NCBI GenBank assembly: GCA_913061515.1
Contig: CAJXSF010000010.1
Location: 5,808 to 69,807, forward strand
Source: an uncultured Gammaproteobacteria bacterium
GTDB lineage: Bacteria; Pseudomonadota; Gammaproteobacteria; Pseudomonadales; Pseudohongiellaceae
DNA: 64,000 bases
Direction: 5' to 3'
A program made the position numbers and the translations under genes. The notes beneath the pieces are model-generated. The model was given only the letters and a program-made list of their open reading frames with translations. It did no database searches and was not told the origin of the DNA. Shown here one piece after another: positions 19,501-27,194 of the stretch (the first letter of the stretch is position 1; the number at the start of each line of letters is the position of its first letter).

Positions 19501-20867
19501 CAATCTTCACGCAAGCTGCGAGCAAGCGCGTTAGAGAATGGTTTCATCACATACTGCAAGAAAGTGCGTGAGCCGGAAGTGATAAAGACTTCGGCAGGCA
19601 TGCCTGGCACTAGTATTAGGCCATCAAGATCTTCCATTCCCTCTGGTGTCACAGCAACCCGTGCCAAATAGTAAGTCATTCCTGTTTGTCGATCGCTCAT
19701 CGCATCGGCTGAGACAGAAATGACACTGCCGGTAATCGTAGGCACAGAGCTGCCAAAACTAGAAAAACGAATGGTTGCCTCTTGCCCAGTCTGCACACGG
19801 TCAATGTCACCTAGTGAAACTCTCGCTTCGATGATTAATTCGTCGCTCTGAGGCACGACCTCACCAATGGGGGCACCTGGCCCGATGACGCCACCCTCGT
19901 TGTGAAACTGCATGCCACTGACGATGCCAGCCTCGGGTGCACGTATCACTGTGCGGTCTACAACGTCGGTTAAAGCAATCATGCGCTCGCGAATATCTTT
20001 CAGGCGCGTTTGTGTTTCGCTCAATTGTGTCACGACTTCTGAGCGGAATTCGTTTTCTGTTTGTAGAATTTGTAACTGGGTTTCACCAATCTGCATTTCT
20101 GTCGATGAGATAGTGGAGACAAGTTCGGCCGCTTCGCCGTTATAGGCCGCATGGCTGCGCTCTAATTCGCGCAAGCGCAATTTATCCGAAAACCCTTCCT
20201 CTAAAAGGATACGCACATCGGCTAGTTCCTCGCCGAATGAGGTCGCCAGTGCCTCTTTGCTCTGTTTCATCGCTTGCAGGCCACTCACGCGTGAGCGTAG
20301 TTGTTCTATGCGTTGCTCCAAGACGGCTATACTGCCTTCTCGTGATCTTTTGCGCGCTAGAAAAATTTGATCCTGTGCCGCCATCTCGGCGACGGCATTC
20401 GGATTGCTTGAAGACAACGATGCCGGATAGTTGATTGATTCGAGGTCGTCCCGCTCCGCAATCAAGCGTGCCTCTAGTGCTGTTAAGGCAATGAACTGCG
20501 CACTCGCAATCTCAAGTTGCGCTTGCGACTGTGTATTGTCTAGTTCGATTAAAGGCGCGCCTGCCTCAACATAGTCACCATCGCGCGCATAGATGCGTTT
20601 GATCATGCCGCCTTCTAAGTGCTGCAAAACTTTTTTGTAGGAGCGAACGGTCACAGAGCCTGGTGCGTGTGCTGCGCCTTCAATAGGTGCCACGGTTGCC
20701 CATACGCCAAAAACGCCGAACACAAGGAACACAATGATCAGTCCGATGCGGCGCGGCGAATCCATGTTTGTTTCAACTTCTATGGTCTGGGCCGCGCGCG
20801 CGGGAGCACTGGGCTTGTCAGCCGTCATCGCGGGCAAATTGTCCTGAGCCTTTTTAATATCTGTCAC
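19500..20867 (-). CDS. HlyD-family type I secretion membrane-fusion protein
   Basis: N-terminal TM (IGLIIVFLVFGVFGVWATVAPI), a long coiled-coil and C-terminal barrel motifs (LVPGMPAEVFI). Confidence 0.9.
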   Translation of the reverse strand: MTDIKKAQDNLPAMTADKPSAPARAAQTIEVETNMDSPRRIGLIIVFLVFGVFGVWATVAPIEGAAHAPGSVTVRSYKKVLQHLEGGMIKRIYARDGDYVEAGAPLIELDNTQSQAQLEIASAQFIALTALEARLIAERDDLESINYPASLSSSNPNAVAEMAAQDQIFLARKRSREGSIAVLEQRIEQLRSRVSGLQAMKQSKEALATSFGEELADVRILLEEGFSDKLRLRELERSHAAYNGEAAELVSTISSTEMQIGETQLQILQTENEFRSEVVTQLSETQTRLKDIRERMIALTDVVDRTVIRAPEAGIVSGMQFHNEGGVIGPGAPIGEVVPQSDELIIEARVSLGDIDRVQTGQEATIRFSSFGSSVPTITGSVISVSADAMSDRQTGMTYYLARVAVTPEGMEDLDGLILVPGMPAEVFITSGSRTFLQYVMKPFSNALARSLRED

Positions 20868-20903
20868 TGTTTATATCCCAAACTAGTAAATTCTGTGTGT
20901 GCG

Positions 20904-22613
20904 CTATGCCTGCGCGGCTTTGTTCTGCGGCATGAGACTGGCAAGCACTTGCTCGCGCGGGCCGAAGCTCTTCGCCGTGCCGTCTTTCATCACCAAAATT
21001 TTGTCGGTGACCATCAACACCATTGTGCGGTGTGTGATTACGATGACTGTGCAACCTTGTTCTTTAACGCGTTGAAGTGCCAGCACCAATTCGCGTTCGC
21101 CTTGGTCGTCGAGATTGGAGTTCGGTTCATCGAGCACTAATAATTTAGGGTTGCCATAAACTGCTCTGGCAAGCCCAATACGCTGTCGTTGTCCGCCTGA
21201 CAAAATGCCACCGCTACCGCCAATGACCGTGTCATAACCGTTAGGTAAACGCAGAATTAGTTCATGTACACCGGCAAGCTGTGCTGCTTGCACCACCTTC
21301 TCAGGGTCTAGCTCACCAAAACGGCTGATGTTTTCTGAGATGGAGCCATCGAAAAGTTCGATATCTTGGGGTAAGTAACCGATGTGCGGGCCAAGCTCGC
21401 GGCGATCCCAAGCGAAAATATCGGCACCGTCCAAGCGGACCTTGCCACCGCCGGTTGGCCAAATCCCTAAAAGGGCGCGAGCAAGGCTCGATTTTCCAGA
21501 GGCGCTAGGGCCGACTATGCCAAGAATATCGCCAGCATCTAATTCAAAGCCAACGCCTGCCACCACGGGTGCTTTTGCGCCTGGTGGTGTGACATATACG
21601 CCTTCAACGCTGATCTGCCCAGTAGGGGCAGGCAATGACATTCTTTCTTCATCTTTAGGAATACGCTCTAATAATTGACCGAGGCGTTCGTATTGAGCGC
21701 GCGCGACAGAGAAGCCCTTCCAGGTGCCTACTAATAGGTCAATTGGGGCTAGAGCGCGGCCAAGAAGTAGCGAGCCGGCAATCACCATGCCTGGGGAGAT
21801 TTCTTGTTCCAAGGCGAGCAAAGCCCCTAAGCCAAGAATCAAAGACTGTGTGATCATACGAAAAGATTTAGAGAAGGTGCCAAGTAGCCCAGCACGACGG
21901 CTAGCGTCAGTTTGCAAGAACAATACTTTGTCGGCACGCTCTTGTTGGCGATGACGGATGCCATCGATCATGCCCATGGCTGCGATCACTTCGGAGTTGC
22001 GCATGCTGCCATTGATCTGGTTATTAACCCAGTTTGCCTCTACGTTGGCTTCTTTGAGTTTTTCGTTAGTGGCTTTTTCAGTGGCAAAGGCAAAAGCAAT
22101 CATCACAATGCCTGAGATGATTCCCACCACTCCAAACCATGGGTGAAACATAAACATCACGGCAATATAGATAGGGAACCAAGGGGCATCGAAAAATGCG
22201 AATAGCCCATTGCCAGTCATAAACTGGCGCAACTGTGATAGGTCGCTATTGGGTTGGGCTCCGCCGCCCATGCCGCCTGAATAAAGGTTTTGCTTAAAGC
22301 TGGCGTCGAATACGCGATTGCGCAGTCCAGTCTCGATTTTATTACTAGCGCTTGTCAGTATCATGGTGCGAACCCATTCGAAACCGCCCATCGCTGCAAG
22401 CAAGAACACCATAATAATTGTCAATGTGCCAAGAGTGGATAAGCTGCCACTAGACATCACTCGATCATATACTTGCAACATGTACAGAACAGGCACAAGC
22501 ATCAAGATATTGATGGCAGCGCTGAATGCCCCCGCATAGATGAAATAATGACGGACGGCCTTGAAAGCCTCGTAGAGCTCTTTGTATCTAACTTTGTTTT
22601 TTGGATCGTTCAT
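20904..22613 (-). CDS. Type I secretion ABC transporter, PrtD/RsaD type (no C39 peptidase domain)
   Basis: Six-TM domain plus an NBD with GPSASGKSSLARAL, LSGGQRQRIGLARA and LLVLDEP. About 569 aa. Confidence 0.92.
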   Translation of the reverse strand: MNDPKNKVRYKELYEAFKAVRHYFIYAGAFSAAINILMLVPVLYMLQVYDRVMSSGSLSTLGTLTIIMVFLLAAMGGFEWVRTMILTSASNKIETGLRNRVFDASFKQNLYSGGMGGGAQPNSDLSQLRQFMTGNGLFAFFDAPWFPIYIAVMFMFHPWFGVVGIISGIVMIAFAFATEKATNEKLKEANVEANWVNNQINGSMRNSEVIAAMGMIDGIRHRQQERADKVLFLQTDASRRAGLLGTFSKSFRMITQSLILGLGALLALEQEISPGMVIAGSLLLGRALAPIDLLVGTWKGFSVARAQYERLGQLLERIPKDEERMSLPAPTGQISVEGVYVTPPGAKAPVVAGVGFELDAGDILGIVGPSASGKSSLARALLGIWPTGGGKVRLDGADIFAWDRRELGPHIGYLPQDIELFDGSISENISRFGELDPEKVVQAAQLAGVHELILRLPNGYDTVIGGSGGILSGGQRQRIGLARAVYGNPKLLVLDEPNSNLDDQGERELVLALQRVKEQGCTVIVITHRTMVLMVTDKILVMKDGTAKSFGPREQVLASLMPQNKAAQA

Positions 22614-22747
22614 TGAGGCTTCTTTTGCATTAAGTTTTAATTTATTGAGTCAGCTAAGTGGGGCACAAATTCTGCCTTTTCAAGCTTTTGCTAGGCTAAG
22701 GGCGCGATTGTACACCTTCATCGGCTGTTCTGTTAGGGCGCGCAACC

Positions 22748-23554
22748 CTATAGCTCTTGCTTACCTTCTGCTAAGGCTTGCAAGGTGTCGGGGTCAATAA
22801 TGAGCAAGCAACCGGGCCCGTCGCGTTTCACTATTTGCTTGGCCTGTAGTGTTTGAAACACCCGCGTGACGGTTTCGCGGCTCAGGCTTAGCATGATGGC
22901 AATCTCCATATGCGTTGGCGGATTATTGATCATCGATGGCACTTGGCCATTTTTCTCTTTGGCAGTAAGTAACATCCACAATTGGCAGCACACCCGTTGG
23001 CTGATGTTGGGCAGGCCCAAGAGCGAGCGTTGTCGCGTCATTTGGCGCAATCGCGCGGCAAGCCTTTCTCCTAATACCTTAAAGATATTTGGCTGTTTCA
23101 GCATAATTTCGCGCAGGCTTTCCATCGGAATAAACACTGTGACGGCTGCGGTTAAGGCGATGACATACTCGGGCTGCGTGCCGTGATCAAATAAGCCTAA
23201 TTCGCCGCAAAAGTCGCCTGGTTCCACGAAATAAAGGCCCACTTCCCGGCCATCAATGGTAAAATCTACCCCCTGCAAGCGCCCTTCAAATAAAAAGCAC
23301 ACAGCGTCTTCATGAATTCCCGCATTTAATACAATGCCACGGCGGGCAAATTTGCGCAGGCTAGCCAGCGGCGCAAGTTCACTCAATATTTCGTGAGGCA
23401 AGGGCTTTAATATTGGAAAAGTGCTTAGCAGCTCTGGGGTTACCACGATACAGTTTTTGTCCCTGATGGCTGGATTCGGCGACGCTCCGGCATTATAGGA
23501 GGTTGCTGATGAATAGCAAACGCCAGTACTTGCGTGCCGTGTGACTGTAATCAC
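22748..23554 (-). CDS. Crp/Fnr-family transcriptional regulator
   Basis: cNMP-binding-like beta-roll (GDFCGELGLF) and a C-terminal HTH SRETVTRVFQTL that matches the E. coli CRP RETVGR recognition helix. GTG start, so the start is uncertain. Confidence 0.8.
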   Translation of the reverse strand: MITVTRHASTGVCYSSATSYNAGASPNPAIRDKNCIVVTPELLSTFPILKPLPHEILSELAPLASLRKFARRGIVLNAGIHEDAVCFLFEGRLQGVDFTIDGREVGLYFVEPGDFCGELGLFDHGTQPEYVIALTAAVTVFIPMESLREIMLKQPNIFKVLGERLAARLRQMTRQRSLLGLPNISQRVCCQLWMLLTAKEKNGQVPSMINNPPTHMEIAIMLSLSRETVTRVFQTLQAKQIVKRDGPGCLLIIDPDTLQALAEGKQEL

Positions 23555-23647
23555 CCAGTGATGAATTAGCTTGCCGTATCATTGTCAAAGTCAATCTAGG
23601 TCAGTTGCGTTTTACTGGCCCTTTACTCCCAAGCGGGGGAAGAGAAT

Positions 23648-25042
23648 ATGAAACTCACATTACAAGCAGTTCGCCCACAATTCGCGTTGCGCTTTGCGCT
23701 GCTGCCATTGCTGTTTGCCTTTAACACGGTGAATGCGCAAACCGTTAGCAGCGTGGGTGAAGTCAGTTTGGTGCTTGGCAAGGCCTATATCAAATCAGGC
23801 GATAGCCAAGAGCGTGTGCGCGCTGGCATGAAAGTCAGCGTGAGCGATGAAATTATCACGGAAGCCAATGGCCATGTGCATATTCAGTTTGTCGATGACG
23901 CCTTGGTCAGTGTTCGCCCTGATAGCAAGTTAGAAATTCAACGCTATGATTTCGATGCAGCCAATCCTGCTAACTCCTCTATTAAACTAAACCTGCTAGA
24001 GGGTATCGCGCGTTCTATTTCTGGCGATGGCGCCCATGCAGCGCGCGATCGTTTCCGCATGAACACCCCTATTGCTGCAATTGGTGTGCGTGGCACAGAC
24101 TTCGTCGTTAGTGCTTCGAGCCAATCCGTTCGTGCTCTAGTCAATGAGGGAGCCATTGTCATGGCGCCCTTCTCCAACGATTGCTTAGCAACTGCATTTG
24201 GGCCTTGTGCGGCGAATGCCGTTGAGCTTTCCCAAGATTCTTTGCAGATGGTCGCCATCGAGGGTGACGTCGCCTTGCCAAGATTAATGCCCGCCTCTGA
24301 CGAGCGTGGCAATTTATCTGAGGCTGGCGAAGTGGCTGTTGCAGAGGCGGACACTCGCACTGAAGACAAAGCCGTAGGCTCAGATGTTTACCTAGAAAAC
24401 GTCACTTCCTTAAAAGTGGCCGAAGAGGCCAATATTGTTGCGGCAGCCAAGCCTAAACCACCGGTTGTGACGCCACCTGTGACTGTATTGCCTGACTTTA
24501 CCCCAGAGATTGCTGTTGCCTCCTCGGCACTTGAAAGCAATAACTTGATTTGGGGGCGGTGGTCAGGCCGTGACGAAGGCTATGGCGACTTGGAGCGCAT
24601 CACTGTCTCTGAAGAAGTGGCAAGCGCCGGGCGCGATATCATGATTCTAAACGACAACTACCGTTTGTTCCGCGATAGTAATGGCAGCACCTTAGTTAAC
24701 CCTAATCTCAATGTGGTGAGCTTTGCTTTGAACAGTGCCCAGGCCTTCTATCACTCAGGTTCTGGCGTAATGGCCATGGAGGTTAATAACGGTTCTTTGC
24801 AGGTCAATTTTTGGGCCAAAAGTTTCGCTACGCAGTTGGGGCTTAGCTCTGCAGCCTCTGGGGCAGTCGATTTCTCTGCTTCGGGAATTTATGTCGATGG
24901 TGGTTTCTTCTATAACAACTCCGACACCCAGATTATTCGCGGTGCGGTAAGTTTGGATGGCACAGAGGCGGGTTATGTATTCGAAAAACAACTCGGTACT
25001 GACACTAGCGTTGAAGGGATCACCTTGTGGGGTGCGCCGTAG
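23648..25042 (+). CDS. Secreted FecR-domain protein with C-terminal TbpB-like beta-barrel signature
   Basis: Sec signal (...FNTVNA/QT, no lipobox). FecR-like segment (GHVHIQFVDDALVSVRPDSKLEI ... IAAIGVRGTDFVV). The C-terminal about 130 aa has a strand pattern ending GAVSLDGTEAGYVFEK...GITLWGAP. Confidence 0.65.
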   Translation: MKLTLQAVRPQFALRFALLPLLFAFNTVNAQTVSSVGEVSLVLGKAYIKSGDSQERVRAGMKVSVSDEIITEANGHVHIQFVDDALVSVRPDSKLEIQRYDFDAANPANSSIKLNLLEGIARSISGDGAHAARDRFRMNTPIAAIGVRGTDFVVSASSQSVRALVNEGAIVMAPFSNDCLATAFGPCAANAVELSQDSLQMVAIEGDVALPRLMPASDERGNLSEAGEVAVAEADTRTEDKAVGSDVYLENVTSLKVAEEANIVAAAKPKPPVVTPPVTVLPDFTPEIAVASSALESNNLIWGRWSGRDEGYGDLERITVSEEVASAGRDIMILNDNYRLFRDSNGSTLVNPNLNVVSFALNSAQAFYHSGSGVMAMEVNNGSLQVNFWAKSFATQLGLSSAASGAVDFSASGIYVDGGFFYNNSDTQIIRGAVSLDGTEAGYVFEKQLGTDTSVEGITLWGAP

Positions 25043-25044
25043 TC

Positions 25045-27042
25045 ATGAGCAGCACTCGCCGACTTAATCCTCTTAGCCAAGGCCTTGCGTATTTAGTGCG
25101 CTTAGTGCCCATGAACGCGCGTCTTTTGATGCTGGCGTTGGCGGCAGCATTGACGGCGTTGATCGTGACTGTGTTCGATGACAGCCTAGAAACCTTGCAA
25201 GAAAATTTGGGTGCCCTGGGCTGGACTTTAAACGTCGATAACACCTTAGAGCAGCGTTTCAGCATTATTGCTATCGATGAGAAAAGTGTGGCTCAAGAAG
25301 GCGCTTGGCCCTGGCCGCGTGACACCATGGCGCGCTTGGTCGCCTCGTTAACGCAAGCCGGCGTGTCTTTGCAATTGCACGATATTGTCTTCCCTGAGTC
25401 TTCTGCCGGTGATGATGCCTTGGCCAGCGCTTTGCAGGCCGCCCCGGGTGCGGTACTAGCGCAACTACCGGTGTTAGGATCAGAGCAAGTGCTGCGCACC
25501 GGCAGTTTGACCCATGCAGTCACTGGCATTAATTGTGAAAGTGGCCTGCCAGCGACCTCTAATTACCTTGGCAACAACGCTAGTTTTTTGAATATTCCGA
25601 AAGGGCATATCGCACCGATCGTGTCAGCAGATGGCGCCATCCGCAAGATGCCTGGCTTGATTTGTGTTGATGGGCAGGCTTATCCCGCGTTGCCAATTAG
25701 TGCATTTTTACAGGCTTTGAACACGCAAGTATGGGCAGCCACGCTTAGCCCAACTGAATCGTTATTTGGGCCTGCGCAAACGCTGCAGCTTGATGCCTAC
25801 CCAGGTTTACGTATTCCGCTAGATGCGCAAGGCAATCTACGTATTTCTTACCGCAATAGCCCTAGTGCCTATCGCGTAATTTCCGCAGCCGATGTGCTCA
25901 ATGGCGATATTGACGCGGGCATGCTCGAAAATAGCTGGGTGTTGATTGGCGCTACCGCATTTGGCATTGGCGATATCGTTCCGACTCCTTATAGCGGCGC
26001 GACTCAGGGTGTTGAGTTGCAAGCACGTATTCTGGGCAGCTTGCTCGATACCAATGTGCCTTATACGCCAAGCGGCGCATGGCTGTTTTTGCTGGCCTTA
26101 TGCGCCATCAGTGCGGCCGTCCTCTTTGCCTTGGCCGGTGCCCGCGAGCGCTTTGCGAGTTATGGGCTGCCTATAGCGGGGGCTGTTTTGCCTTTGCTGG
26201 CACTAGGCCTGCATATCGAACTGCTTAATATGAGCAATATATGGCTTGGTTGGGTATCCCCCGCCCTGTTCAGCGTGTGCGCGGCAAGTGCCTTGATGTT
26301 GCTTGAGCAGGCAAGAGTGCGCAATGAGCGCAGCCGTGTGTTTGGCAATCTCAATGCCTATTTGCCAAGCGATGTGGCCAAAGAAATTGCCTTTAGTTTG
26401 CCCAGCTCTAGCGTCAATGCGCGCCGCAGTGAAGTCACCTTATTGAGCGCCGACCTGCGTAACTTCTCTGCCTTTAGCGAGGCGCGTCCCCCAGAAGAGT
26501 CAGCCGCACTGCTGCATTACTTCTTCGTGCGTGCTGCTGAGATTGTCGAGCAGCATGGCGGGCGTATTCATGAGTTTAAAGGCGATGGTCTGTTGGCTGT
26601 TTGGGATGGCCACGATGCGCGCGCCGCACAACAAGCCTTGAGTGCCGCCCAATCAATGGAGGGCTCAATCGCTCGTGATATGCCGCAAGCCCCGCCGGAA
26701 GGTTTAGAGCCTTTGGCATTAGGGATTGGTATAGAGCAAGGCCCAGTGTTGATAGGCTCTATTGGCCCAGCACAGCGCCGAACGCATACCTTATTGGGCG
26801 ATACTGTCACCATCGCTTTGCGTATTCAGGAAATGACAACCGAACTTGCGTTGCCGATCTTGGTGGGCGAATGCGCTGCGCGCAATTTGCAAGGTCAAAA
26901 GCTTGAATCTCAAGGTAGTTACCTTTTGACTGGTTTGAATACGCCCCATGTGTTGTTTTCGCCTCCGCTAGACGCTCTTCCTGTTCGCCGCGCAAAGTCT
27001 GAATCTGTGACGCTCACAGTATTATCGGGCGGCAAGCGCTGA
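25045..27042 (+). CDS. CHASE2-domain class III nucleotide (adenylate/guanylate) cyclase
   Basis: TM, an about 300-aa extracytoplasmic segment, three TMs, then a cyclase homology domain (LLSADLRNFS, EFKGDGLLAVW, LLGDTVTIALRIQE). ATG at 25045 lies 2 nt after the fecR-domain stop. Confidence 0.85.
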   Translation: MSSTRRLNPLSQGLAYLVRLVPMNARLLMLALAAALTALIVTVFDDSLETLQENLGALGWTLNVDNTLEQRFSIIAIDEKSVAQEGAWPWPRDTMARLVASLTQAGVSLQLHDIVFPESSAGDDALASALQAAPGAVLAQLPVLGSEQVLRTGSLTHAVTGINCESGLPATSNYLGNNASFLNIPKGHIAPIVSADGAIRKMPGLICVDGQAYPALPISAFLQALNTQVWAATLSPTESLFGPAQTLQLDAYPGLRIPLDAQGNLRISYRNSPSAYRVISAADVLNGDIDAGMLENSWVLIGATAFGIGDIVPTPYSGATQGVELQARILGSLLDTNVPYTPSGAWLFLLALCAISAAVLFALAGARERFASYGLPIAGAVLPLLALGLHIELLNMSNIWLGWVSPALFSVCAASALMLLEQARVRNERSRVFGNLNAYLPSDVAKEIAFSLPSSSVNARRSEVTLLSADLRNFSAFSEARPPEESAALLHYFFVRAAEIVEQHGGRIHEFKGDGLLAVWDGHDARAAQQALSAAQSMEGSIARDMPQAPPEGLEPLALGIGIEQGPVLIGSIGPAQRRTHTLLGDTVTIALRIQEMTTELALPILVGECAARNLQGQKLESQGSYLLTGLNTPHVLFSPPLDALPVRRAKSESVTLTVLSGGKR

Positions 27043-27194
27043 TATTCTAGCTAGGTATTTTCAAGACAGATTCCCGTCACATAAAAGGGTGTTTTGTTAT
27101 TGCTTGTGGCGCCTTGTTTCATGATAATTGCGCAAATAAATTTACATGACATACGCTTCGATATGTCTGTCGCCTAGCCGGACCCACAGACACT

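Noticed and set aside
25027-25044. GTG start at 25027 for the cyclase (ORF track), overlapping the fecR-domain gene. The same applies to long N-terminal extensions in the track for gspE (8144), gspH (13393), glnK (50710), epd (60000), engB (2578) and ubiK (49370).
   Set aside because: In each case an internal ATG or GTG fits better. Each has a better RBS or stop-start coupling and an N-terminus that matches the family.
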